Assembly (NCBI GenBank): GCA_017472735.1
Contig: JAFUOD010000002.1
Coordinates: forward strand, 68,226 to 132,225
Reading direction: 5' to 3'
DNA from: Oscillospiraceae bacterium
GTDB taxonomy: Bacteria > Bacillota > Clostridia > Oscillospirales > Ruminococcaceae
Length of the DNA: 64,000 nt
How positions within the stretch are numbered: the stretch's first letter is position 1; every line of letters begins with the position of its first letter. A program made the position numbers and the translations under genes. Shown in pieces: positions 45,109 to 53,979 of this stretch. The notes under the pieces are model-generated. The model saw only the letters and a program-made list of their open reading frames with translations. It ran no database searches and was not told where the DNA came from.

Positions 45109-45181
45109 TTTCTAAATTCCTTTCAATTAGTTGTTTTGTTTCACATATCTACATTTAATTATAAAAAATGTTTATTTAATT

Positions 45182-45210
45182 ATTGAAAACGATCGCACAA
45201 TATAGTATAA
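45182..45210 (+). promoter_or_regulatory. Promoter candidate for the CotH-family gene
   Basis: TTGAAA (45182-45187), 17-nt spacer, TATAAT (45205-45210). Confidence 0.55.
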
Positions 45211-45258
45211 TTATTTTAAGTGTAAAAATTACCGACTCGCCTGAAAGGAGAGCTGTAT

Positions 45259-48000
45259 ATGATAAAAAGAGTGTTATCATTAATTTTAGCAGTTGTAATC
45301 GGTTTGTCAACCCTTTGTGCCTGCGCCCGGCACGAGGATGTCAAGAAGGACGATGTTCCTTCGGTAACATCTTCACCCGAACAAACCGAGGGCGAGGTTA
45401 CTTCGACTACTCAGGCGACTGCGACCGAAGAAACTACGACCGAAGCGACAACTACGCCCGAGGTTACAACGACCGAAGAAACCACAACAGCTGCAACCAC
45501 TACGACCGAGGCGGCTACTACCGAAGCTACGACTACGACAGTTACAACAACGACCGAGGCAACCACAACAACTGTCACCACCACTACTGAAGCCACAACG
45601 ACCACAGCCGCACCCAAGCCTGTTGAGCTTGGCGTTTTGGGCTATGATTTAAGCGAAAAGGTCTCGACCGATAAATCTCTTGCTAAGGGTAAGGTAACAA
45701 GCCTTGTTATTAACGAGGTCTGCCCGTCGAACAAAAACACTCTTGACGATAAAGACGGCGAATCAAAGGATTGGATCGAAATCTATAATCCTACCGACAG
45801 CGTTATCAATCTTGAGGGCGTTGGACTTTCGGATGATAAAAACGACCCGTTCAAGTGGACTTTCCCGAGCGTAAACATTCAAGCAAAGGGCTATATTATT
45901 GTATTCGCTTCCGATAAAGATATTAAGACCCCCGAGCTTCACACAAATTATAAGATTTCGGGTGGAAACGAAGAAATCGTTCTTACCTCATCCGACGGTA
46001 AGACCATCGATTCATTCATCATTTCTGCTACTGAAGAAGACCAGACCTATGGCAGATATCCCGATGGAAGCGATGGGTTGAGACTTCTCAGCGCAACTCC
46101 GGGCAAGTCGAATGACAAAGCCAAGGAGGTTGTCGAAGCAGGAACTCTTAAACCTCTGTTTTCTAACGAAAGCGGATTCTACAGCCAGCAGTTCAGCTTA
46201 AAAATCACCGCCGAACCGGGCTGCACAATTTATTACACCACGGATGGAAGCGTTCCCACGACAAAATCCAATAAATACACCCAGTCTATAACGATCAAGG
46301 ACCGTTCGAGCGACAAGGCGATTTTAACCTATAAACGTGATCTTACGGTTGCTGACGATTCGTTCTATCCTAACAAGGAATTTGAAAAGGCAACGATCAT
46401 TCGTGCAATTGCCGTTGATAAAAACGGTGTTGTCAGCGATGTTACTACTGCTACATATTTCGTAAGCTCGAGCATTGCAAATAAATATAAAGATGTTGAC
46501 CTTATCTCGGTAGTTATTGACCCCGATGACCTTTATGACCACGAAACAGGCATTTATGTTGCAGGTAAGGTGTTTGAGGATTGGCGTGCAGAGCACCCCA
46601 ACGATCCGCTTGACGGCAACTCTCAGGCAAACTTTAACCAGCGAGGAAGAGAATGGGAGCGTGACGCTCACATTGATTACTTCAGCTCAGCAAATCTCGA
46701 GTTCAGCTCTGATGTCGGCGTGAGAATTCACGGCGGCTGGTCGCGTAACAGCGCACAAAAGAGCCTTAGGTTCTACTTCCGCGACGAATATGGCGAAAGC
46801 AAGCTTGATTACGAGCTGTTTGAAGGCAATTATTCTGAAGATACAAACAAGAAAATTACTTCATATAAGCGTTTCCTTATCCGAAACGGCGGCAACGACT
46901 CGTATATTATGACCTTTAAAGACCCGTGGACACAGTCGCTGTTTAGCGAGTTCAATTTCGGCACACAGGCAACCAACCTTGTAATCTGCTTCCTCGACGG
47001 CGAATATTGGGGAGTCTATACGGCATGTGAATCACTTGACAAGCATTATGTCGAAGAAAAATACGGTGTGCCCGACGAAGACGTTGTTGTAATGAAGAAC
47101 AATTCTCTTGAAGACGGTGACGAACCCGGTGACGAAGAACTTTGGAATATAACCAGACGCTATATCCGTGACCACGACATGTCGAACCCCGACAATTACG
47201 CAAAGGCATGCGAAATGATGGATATGGATTCGTTTGCACAGTATATCGCTGCTGAAATTTATATCGGCAACGAGGACTGGATTTGGAACAATGCCGCATG
47301 GTGGCGTTCACGCTCGACCGATAAAGCAGACAGCCCTTATCAGGACGGTAAGTGGAGATTCTTGATGTTCGACGTTGAGTTTTCTATGAACCTTTACGGC
47401 AACGGCAAAGACGTTCAGTATGACATTTTAGATGATCTTCTTAGAAAAGATGGTTATTTCGGCCCCATTCTTTCTTCCCTCTTAAAGAACGATACATTCA
47501 AGCACAAGTTCGTTGTTGCATGTGAAGATGTTATGAACATCGCCTTCAACAAGAACTATGCCTCCAACAAGCTTAACTCTTACTTGCAGGAGTATTCGCC
47601 TTATCTTGAACAGCATTTTGACAGATATGTCGGCTGGCAATCGCTTAACGGCGTAAGAAATAATGTTGAGGACTGGAAGAAATGGGTTGCCAACAGGCAG
47701 AGCGCGTTCTTATCCATTCTTAAACAGGACCTTGGCATTGACGGTACAAACAACAAGGTCACTGTTGAATTAAGCGATACATCCGGAGGAATTGTCAGGG
47801 TGAACGGACACAAAGTACCCACAAGCGGCGGTTCGTGGAGCGGAACATATATGTCGGGATATAAAATCGTTATCGAGGCTGTTCCTGCAAAGGGCTATGA
47901 ATTCGTCGGCTGGTCGGGAAGCTATGACGGCGATGCAGCATCAATTACGGTTAATCCAGCAAAGGCATTGACCCTGAAAGCAAACTTTAAAAAGAAGTAG
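45259..48000 (+). CDS. CotH kinase-family surface lipoprotein with a Thr-rich stalk, lamin-tail (LTD) domain and C-terminal Listeria-Bacteroides-type repeat
   Basis: Lipobox LSTLCAC. LTD motif VINEVCPSN..DWIEIYNP. CotH core RIHGGWSR..LRNGGND. C-terminal GYEFVGWSGSY. Confidence 0.8.
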   Translation: MIKRVLSLILAVVIGLSTLCACARHEDVKKDDVPSVTSSPEQTEGEVTSTTQATATEETTTEATTTPEVTTTEETTTAATTTTEAATTEATTTTVTTTTEATTTTVTTTTEATTTTAAPKPVELGVLGYDLSEKVSTDKSLAKGKVTSLVINEVCPSNKNTLDDKDGESKDWIEIYNPTDSVINLEGVGLSDDKNDPFKWTFPSVNIQAKGYIIVFASDKDIKTPELHTNYKISGGNEEIVLTSSDGKTIDSFIISATEEDQTYGRYPDGSDGLRLLSATPGKSNDKAKEVVEAGTLKPLFSNESGFYSQQFSLKITAEPGCTIYYTTDGSVPTTKSNKYTQSITIKDRSSDKAILTYKRDLTVADDSFYPNKEFEKATIIRAIAVDKNGVVSDVTTATYFVSSSIANKYKDVDLISVVIDPDDLYDHETGIYVAGKVFEDWRAEHPNDPLDGNSQANFNQRGREWERDAHIDYFSSANLEFSSDVGVRIHGGWSRNSAQKSLRFYFRDEYGESKLDYELFEGNYSEDTNKKITSYKRFLIRNGGNDSYIMTFKDPWTQSLFSEFNFGTQATNLVICFLDGEYWGVYTACESLDKHYVEEKYGVPDEDVVVMKNNSLEDGDEPGDEELWNITRRYIRDHDMSNPDNYAKACEMMDMDSFAQYIAAEIYIGNEDWIWNNAAWWRSRSTDKADSPYQDGKWRFLMFDVEFSMNLYGNGKDVQYDILDDLLRKDGYFGPILSSLLKNDTFKHKFVVACEDVMNIAFNKNYASNKLNSYLQEYSPYLEQHFDRYVGWQSLNGVRNNVEDWKKWVANRQSAFLSILKQDLGIDGTNNKVTVELSDTSGGIVRVNGHKVPTSGGSWSGTYMSGYKIVIEAVPAKGYEFVGWSGSYDGDAASITVNPAKALTLKANFKKK
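45400..45609 (+). repeat. Low-complexity Thr/Glu/Ala-rich coding repeats inside the CotH-family gene
   Basis: Translated TTTEATTT(P/T)(E/V)VTTTE-type units repeated about 8 times. The nucleotide units are imperfect. Confidence 0.8.
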
Positions 48001-48022
48001 TTAAAAATCAGGTAAACTCGTT

Positions 48023-48049
48023 CAGCCCGCCTTTACCACAGACGGGCTG
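48023..48049 (+). terminator. Terminator-like hairpin after the CotH-family gene
   Basis: CAGCCCG/CGGGCTG stem. The following T-run is weak (ATAATTTT). Confidence 0.45.
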
Positions 48050-48055
48050 ATAATT

Positions 48056-50077
48056 TTGCAAAGAAAAGCAGGTATAAAATTGATTAAAACAGCAAATTTC
48101 GAAATTATAAAACTAAAAGAGAGAAAACCGTTGATAACAGGACTTTGCATAAGTGCGGCAATGCTTGTTTTGGTTTTGTTTAACATTAAAGAATTTTGGG
48201 CAAACGATGTATTCAATTGGGCAGGCGCAATTAAGTGTCTGGCGTTATTTGCAATTATGACAGCCTTTTTGATTATAAAAATCAAACTTCCCAAATGGGT
48301 CGAGTTCGGTGTGTCGATTGCAATGCTGTTTGCAGGGCCTTATTTGATTTTTGAAATGGTAAGGCTTTTGGTCGGTGCGCCCGAATACACCTCTTACATT
48401 TACGAGATGAATTTAATTTTTTATGTGGCTTTGCAGTTTTTAGTGTTCATCTTCACCCAGTCGCCGCGTGTTGCAATCGTTTCGGGCTTGGTAATAAGCT
48501 GGGGCGTTCATATTGCTAACGAGCTTGTTTTGCTTATAAGAGGAACACCTTTGGTGCCTACCGACTTATATGCAATTACAACCGCAATGACAGTAACCAC
48601 CCCGCAAAGCTGGCATTTTAATGTTTCAATGCTTTTGGGCACACTTTGCTGTGTTGCAATGATAGCTTTTGTTTGGCAGTTCAAGCTTGTTTACCCCAAG
48701 TGGTGGGCAAGAATACCAGCGGTTATTGTTGGCATTGCAATAACGGCAAACTGCATTTATGAAATTGCAATACTTGATTACGAGTCTTTCTCGACAAGCA
48801 CCTTCGACCAGGAATCGACAAACAATGTAAACGGAATTGCATTAGGATTTTATATTAACTGCCGTAAAATGCAGTTTGATGAGCCTGTAGGCTACAGCGA
48901 AGCGGCTATTGAGGAATTCCTTTCGCAATATACCGACGAAACCTTGGAAGAGGGAGAAGAACTTCCCAACATTATTGTTGTAATGAACGAGAGCTTTGCA
49001 GACCTTTCTTATGTCGGCAAGTTAAGAACCGATAACCCATATATGGAATACTTCAACAGCCTTACCCGTAAGTACCCTCACGGAAAGCTTTTAGTTTCGG
49101 TTTTGGGCGGAGGAACCTGCAACACCGAGTTTGAGTTCTTAACAAGTCTTTCAATGCTTAACATGCCAAATAACTGCTATGCATATATGCAGCATATCAC
49201 CGGCGAGACACCTTCGCTTGCGTCGTATCTTAACGGCTTTGGCTATCGTTCGATTGCAATGCACCCGTTCTATGAAATCTGCTGGAAACGTAATTCGATT
49301 TATCCCTTTATGGGCTTTGAGGATTACATCAGCGGCGAGGATATGTCGGACGACCACGGTATTTATGTAAGCGCAGACCGCTGGGAAAAAGGCTTTGGCG
49401 ATGATGTTGAATATATAAGAACGCTTATAAGCGACAGCTTCTTCTATAAAGAGCTTATTAAGGAGTTTGAAAGCAAGGGCGAGGATGAAAAAATGTTCAT
49501 CTTTGCTGTAACCGTTCAAAACCACAGCTCTTATGAATATGACGGTGAGGATTTTGAAACCGACGTTCATATTACAAACTATGAGGGTGAATACCCCAGA
49601 GCCGAGCAGTATTTGTCACTTGTCAAAGACTCGAACGAAGCACTTGAAGAACTTATAACATATTTTGAAGGCGTTGATGAAAAGACCATGATAGTCTTCT
49701 TTGGTGACCATCAGCCAAACGTTGAACATCAGCTCATCAATCAAATGGCACCTTACCGCAATCTTATTGTTAACAGCTATTTGTCGAGATATATGACACC
49801 GTTTGTTATTTGGGCAAATTATGATATCGGTGAGGCTGAGGATTTGGGCGTTATGAGCGCAAATTATCTTGGCTTAACTGCTCTGGAATATGCAGGCGTG
49901 CCTCTTTCGAGAGAATATCAGATGATAATGGACACGCGTGAGGTATCTATCGCTCAGAATGCTTGGGGTTATTACGACAAATTCCACGCATGGTATGACC
50001 GTGAGGACGAAGCCTATAAAGATGAGATTTTGAACATTTATAACTATTATACATATTGGATGCTAAACGACAGATAA
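48056..50077 (+). CDS. LTA synthase (LtaS)-family sulfatase-fold phosphoglycerol transferase
   Basis: Multi-TM N-terminus plus an extracellular domain with VVMNESFAD and GGGTCNTEFEFLT motifs. The start codon is uncertain (TTG at 48056 is very close to the upstream hairpin). Confidence 0.8.
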   Translation: MQRKAGIKLIKTANFEIIKLKERKPLITGLCISAAMLVLVLFNIKEFWANDVFNWAGAIKCLALFAIMTAFLIIKIKLPKWVEFGVSIAMLFAGPYLIFEMVRLLVGAPEYTSYIYEMNLIFYVALQFLVFIFTQSPRVAIVSGLVISWGVHIANELVLLIRGTPLVPTDLYAITTAMTVTTPQSWHFNVSMLLGTLCCVAMIAFVWQFKLVYPKWWARIPAVIVGIAITANCIYEIAILDYESFSTSTFDQESTNNVNGIALGFYINCRKMQFDEPVGYSEAAIEEFLSQYTDETLEEGEELPNIIVVMNESFADLSYVGKLRTDNPYMEYFNSLTRKYPHGKLLVSVLGGGTCNTEFEFLTSLSMLNMPNNCYAYMQHITGETPSLASYLNGFGYRSIAMHPFYEICWKRNSIYPFMGFEDYISGEDMSDDHGIYVSADRWEKGFGDDVEYIRTLISDSFFYKELIKEFESKGEDEKMFIFAVTVQNHSSYEYDGEDFETDVHITNYEGEYPRAEQYLSLVKDSNEALEELITYFEGVDEKTMIVFFGDHQPNVEHQLINQMAPYRNLIVNSYLSRYMTPFVIWANYDIGEAEDLGVMSANYLGLTALEYAGVPLSREYQMIMDTREVSIAQNAWGYYDKFHAWYDREDEAYKDEILNIYNYYTYWMLNDR

Positions 50078-50082
50078 TGTGC

Positions 50083-50118
50083 ATTCTCCGCTTTGCTTTT
50101 GCAGGGCGGAGAATTTTT
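50083..50118 (+). terminator. Rho-independent terminator of the LtaS-family gene
   Basis: ATTCTCCGC/GCGGAGAAT 9-bp stem followed by TTTTTG. Confidence 0.75.
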
Positions 50119-50128
50119 GTGTGTTTTT

Positions 50129-50268
50129 GCCGCACTGCCTGCCAAGCGCCCCCGCACCGCCGCTTTCAGCGGCGGCTTTCTTCGCCGTTTAGGCGAAGCC
50201 CCCGCTTGCAGCCCCAAGGGGATGCAAGCGGGCAGGGGGCGCCGGCACTCGCACTTGCCCTGCACCGA
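50129..50268. repeat. GC-rich nested-hairpin intergenic element, copy G
   Basis: Closing stem GCGCCCCC (50146-50153)/GGGGGCGC (50235-50242) encloses three hairpins: CCGCCGCT-TTC-AGCGGCGG, CTTCGCC-GTTTA-GGCGAAG, and a 10-bp stem CCCGCTTGCA/TGCAAGCGGG with an inner CCCC-AA-GGGG. Confidence 0.85.
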
Positions 50269-50382
50269 CATTAAAATGACGCATTTTTTATGCTATCTTG
50301 CAAAAAACGCACGCTCAAACCGATAAAATGCGTTAAAATGCGACAAAAAATGAATTTTTCGCCTTTAAGCTATGCAAAATGA

Positions 50383-50411
50383 TTGACAACACTTTTATTT
50401 TGTCTTATAAT
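50383..50411 (+). promoter_or_regulatory. Consensus sigma-70-type promoter for citrate synthase
   Basis: TTGACA (50383-50388), 17-nt spacer, TATAAT (50406-50411). Confidence 0.65.
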
Positions 50412-50453
50412 GAGCTTATATTTATTTTAAATTGACAGAAAGGGGATAACACC

Positions 50454-51812
50454 ATGAAACTTAACATTGACGAAAACATGAAAGCAGCATTTAATGAAGA
50501 GTTTATTGCTGCCAACAAGATCGATCCCTCATATTACAAAAAGTTCGACGTTAAACGCGGACTCAGAAACTCAGACGGCACAGGTGTTATGGCAGGACTT
50601 ACAAACATCTGTAACGTTCACGGCTATGTAATGAACGAGGGCGAAAAGCAAAACATCCCCGGTGAGCTTTATTTCAGAGGCTACAGTATTTATGACTTGG
50701 TAGAAAACGCTCAGAAAGAGGACCGCTACGGATTTGAAGAGATCGCTTATCTTCTTTTGCTCGGCAAGCTTCCCACCGCCGAAAGACTCAACTATTTCAA
50801 TAAGCTTCTTTCTTACAACCGCGAGCTTCCCAACGGCTTTTTCGAGGATATGATTTTAAAAGCACCCTCGAAAAACATTATGAACAAGCTTGAACGTTCG
50901 ATCCTTGCTCTTTATTCTTACGAGGAAAACCCCGAAGCTAAAACCCCTGTCGAGGAGCTTTACACAGCAATCTCCATTATTGCAAAACTTCCTGTAATAA
51001 TGACAGCGGCTTATCAGGTAAAACGCCGTGCTTACGACGGAAAGAGCATGTATATGCATCAGATCCGTCCCGAAGAGTCAACAGCCGAAACCATTCTTTC
51101 CATGATTCGCAAGGATAGGTTCTATACATATGAAGAGGCAAAGCTTTTAGACCTCATCTTAATGCTTCATGCCGAGCATGGCGGCGGTAACAACTCAACC
51201 TTCACCTGCCGAGTGCTTTCTTCCTCGGGTACAGATGCTTATTCGGCATATGCTGCCGCAGTCGGCTCTCTTAAGGGACCTAAGCACGGAGGCGCAAACT
51301 TGAAGGTTTTAGAGCAGCTCGACTATATGAAAGCCAATATCAGAGATTGGTCTGACGAAGAAGAAGTTAAGGAAATGCTCAGAAAGATCCTTAAAAAAGA
51401 GGCAAGCGACCGCACAGGCCTGGTTTACGGCATGGGTCACGCTGTTTATACAATGTCCGATCCCAGAGCTCAGATATTAAAGAAAGAGACAGAAAGAATG
51501 GCAAAGGGCACTGAGTTTGAAGATGACTTCAGACTTTTGGATGCTATTGAGCGCAACACCCCCAAGGTGTTCTTTGAAACAACCGGAATTGAAAAGGCAA
51601 TGTGTGCAAACATTGATATGTACTCGGGCCTTTGCTACAGAATGTTAAAGGTGCCCGAAGAATTGGCAACAGCCTTGTTTGCCTGCGCAAGAATCACCGG
51701 TTGGTCGGCACACCGATTCGAAGAACTCGTAACCGGTCAGCGCATTATCCGACCCGCTTATAAAGCACTTCGCGGTAAAAAGGAATATGAGCCGATCGCT
51801 GACAGAACATAA
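50454..51812 (+). CDS. Citrate synthase (citrate/2-methylcitrate synthase family)
   Basis: LMLHAEHGGGNNSTF and GLVYGMGHAVYTMSDPRA catalytic motifs; 452 aa. Confidence 0.9.
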   Translation: MKLNIDENMKAAFNEEFIAANKIDPSYYKKFDVKRGLRNSDGTGVMAGLTNICNVHGYVMNEGEKQNIPGELYFRGYSIYDLVENAQKEDRYGFEEIAYLLLLGKLPTAERLNYFNKLLSYNRELPNGFFEDMILKAPSKNIMNKLERSILALYSYEENPEAKTPVEELYTAISIIAKLPVIMTAAYQVKRRAYDGKSMYMHQIRPEESTAETILSMIRKDRFYTYEEAKLLDLILMLHAEHGGGNNSTFTCRVLSSSGTDAYSAYAAAVGSLKGPKHGGANLKVLEQLDYMKANIRDWSDEEEVKEMLRKILKKEASDRTGLVYGMGHAVYTMSDPRAQILKKETERMAKGTEFEDDFRLLDAIERNTPKVFFETTGIEKAMCANIDMYSGLCYRMLKVPEELATALFACARITGWSAHRFEELVTGQRIIRPAYKALRGKKEYEPIADRT

Positions 51813-51846
51813 GTTCATATTTTCACAAGAATATTATAACAATTGC

Positions 51847-51875
51847 TTGCAACCAACACACTTTTGTGATAAAAT
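51847..51875 (+). promoter_or_regulatory. Promoter candidate for the downstream lipoprotein/two-component genes
   Basis: TTGCAA (51847-51852), 17-nt spacer, TAAAAT (51870-51875) with a TGTG extended -10. Confidence 0.45.
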
Positions 51876-51908
51876 GAGATAAGGCGTATTATGCCTTGTC
51901 TCATTTTT
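51872..51908 (+). terminator. Rho-independent terminator of citrate synthase (overlaps the next promoter's -10)
   Basis: 13-bp stem AATGAGATAAGGC/GCCTTGTCTCATT (one G-U pair) followed by TTTTG. Confidence 0.7.
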
Positions 51909-51924
51909 GTTAGGTGGTGAAAAC

Positions 51925-53229
51925 GTGAAAAAAATTCTTGCACTTGTTCTTTGTTGCCTTCTGCTCACAGGCTGTCAGGGTATCACGTTTTCGGTTGAGG
52001 ATTTACTGACATCACCCGTAATTGCAGACGAGCAGACCTCGATTTTTCAGGCACTTACTCAAGGCATCGGCAAAAGCATAACGCTTCAATATCCATACTC
52101 GGGTGATTACCGTTCGGCAATTGTGCTTGAGGATATTGACGGAAGCGAAGGACAGGAAGCACTTGCGTTTTATTCCGAGGCCTTAAACGAATCGGTAACG
52201 GGTGTTGCCGTGCTTGATAAACAAAATGACGGCGAGTGGAAGCTGGAAACAACAGTTACAGGTGTGGGTACAGCGATTGATAGAGTAATAATCCACCCTA
52301 TCGGACAGACTGTTGACATAATCATTGGTTATCGCACAAGCGCTTTAGACGAAAGCCAGGTGCGTATGTACCGTTATATCAACGGCAATCTTGCAACAAT
52401 TTATGAAAACACCTATACCGTATTAGAAAAATACGATATTGACGGCTGTGGTGTTGATGAGATCGTTCTTGCCAGAAAAGCAGGCGATTACGTCACGGTA
52501 AGCGTTATCAAATCGTTTGACGGCGTTAACTATATACCTTATGAGCTGCTACTTACTCATCCTGTAACAAGCATTGCCGAACATAACTTTGGAAAAATCA
52601 GCGAGAGCAACAGCGCTCTTTACCTCGACCTTTTAAACGAGGGCGGCGCGTTAAGCACAGAAATAATTTATCTTTACGATGAAGGCATTTCAAGCCCGAC
52701 CAACACTGTTTTGGGAATGCGAGAGTATACGCGCCGACCCAGCGGATATCTTTGTCTTGACTATGACGGCGACGGAGTTGTTGAAGTTCCTGTCGTTTCT
52801 AACTTTACAGGTTATCCCGCAGGCATCGGAACCTCGAACGAATATATGACAATGTGGCACACATTCAACTCGCAAAGCTCAATGCTCGAGCTTAAATCAA
52901 ACTCCTACTATTCACTTACGGGCGGATTTGTGTTAACCATTCCAAACCGTTGGTTGGGTCTTGTAACCGTTAAAACCAATTCCGAAACAGGCGAGGCAAC
53001 CTTCTATAAGTATGATACCGAAATTGCAAGCATTGATGAAATGCACCCTATAATGAGCATAGTATCGACTTATGACCAGGATGCCGGAAAATACTCGGAA
53101 GAAGACGGTTACAGACTTGTGGCGCAGACGGAAAGACGGCAATATTTTGTTAAAACAATGGCTCAGGACGGCGAACAGCTTGTTTTGACAAACGATGAAA
53201 TACTTGACAATCTATATTGTCTTGACTGA
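51925..53229 (+). CDS. Hypothetical lipoprotein with FG-GAP/VCBS-like Asp-Gly motifs
   Basis: GTG start; lipobox LLLTGC. Motifs EDIDGSEGQEA, DIDGCGVDEIV and DYDGDGVVEVP. Confidence 0.5.
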   Translation: MKKILALVLCCLLLTGCQGITFSVEDLLTSPVIADEQTSIFQALTQGIGKSITLQYPYSGDYRSAIVLEDIDGSEGQEALAFYSEALNESVTGVAVLDKQNDGEWKLETTVTGVGTAIDRVIIHPIGQTVDIIIGYRTSALDESQVRMYRYINGNLATIYENTYTVLEKYDIDGCGVDEIVLARKAGDYVTVSVIKSFDGVNYIPYELLLTHPVTSIAEHNFGKISESNSALYLDLLNEGGALSTEIIYLYDEGISSPTNTVLGMREYTRRPSGYLCLDYDGDGVVEVPVVSNFTGYPAGIGTSNEYMTMWHTFNSQSSMLELKSNSYYSLTGGFVLTIPNRWLGLVTVKTNSETGEATFYKYDTEIASIDEMHPIMSIVSTYDQDAGKYSEEDGYRLVAQTERRQYFVKTMAQDGEQLVLTNDEILDNLYCLD

Positions 53230-53247
53230 TAACAAATGAGGTATTTT

Positions 53248-53955
53248 ATGAAAAGAATTTTAGTTTGCGAAGATGAAGATTCCATTCGCGAGTTTGTGGT
53301 TTTAAACCTTAAGCGCAGCGGCTATGACGTTGTTGACGTGAACTGCGGTGAGGATGCCGTTAAAGCATTTGATGATGCAGGCGGAAACTTTGAAGTTGCA
53401 CTTTTGGATATTATGATGCCGGGTATTGACGGCTTTACCGTTTGTAAAATGCTTCGTGAAAGAAGCGATACAGTCGGCATAATCATGTTAAGCGCAAAAT
53501 CTCAGGAGATGGACAAGGTCTCATCGTTAATGATAGGCGCTGATGACTATATAACAAAACCGTTTTCGATTTCTGAGCTTGTGGCAAGAGTTGACGCTGT
53601 GTGCCGCCGTGTCAGCCTTTCAAGCCAGCAGCGAACCGAGGTACAGACAACCATAACCTCGGGTCCCTTTTCTATCAACCTTAAAAGCCGCGTTTTATAT
53701 AAAAACGGCGAGCCGATCGACCTGACACAGGTCGAATATCAGATAATGGAATATTTCTTGAAGAATCAGAACACGGCACTCGACAGAATCAGTATTCTGC
53801 ACCACATATGGGGCGAAAACTATTATGGAGAGGAAAAGATAGTTGACGTCAACATCAGACGCATAAGAATGAAGATCGAGGACGAACCCTCGAACCCCAA
53901 GTACATAATGACTATCTGGGGATATGGTTATAAGTGGAACCCCGAAGATAAATAA
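53248..53955 (+). CDS. OmpR-family two-component response regulator
   Basis: Receiver ILVCEDED..LLDIMMPGIDG..LSAK plus a winged-helix C-terminus (TIWGYGYKW). Confidence 0.9.
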   Translation: MKRILVCEDEDSIREFVVLNLKRSGYDVVDVNCGEDAVKAFDDAGGNFEVALLDIMMPGIDGFTVCKMLRERSDTVGIIMLSAKSQEMDKVSSLMIGADDYITKPFSISELVARVDAVCRRVSLSSQQRTEVQTTITSGPFSINLKSRVLYKNGEPIDLTQVEYQIMEYFLKNQNTALDRISILHHIWGENYYGEEKIVDVNIRRIRMKIEDEPSNPKYIMTIWGYGYKWNPEDK

Positions 53956-53979
53956 AGTTTTAAACTAACCAAAAGGGCG

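Noticed and set aside
45183-45590. A 135-aa ORF rich in Asn/Tyr/Arg/Asp overlapping the start of the CotH-family gene, and the antisense 68-aa ORF at 45411-45617.
   Set aside because: These are alternative-frame readings of the Thr-codon repeat tract. The CotH frame has the RBS, the lipoprotein signal peptide and downstream domain homology.
7898-50268. The idea that the GC-rich 3'-of-gene palindromes are integron attC sites or a degenerate CRISPR array.
   Set aside because: No integron integrase and no cassette-like promoterless gene array are present. The flanking genes are core housekeeping genes in both orientations. There are no regularly spaced identical repeats with unique spacers and no cas genes.
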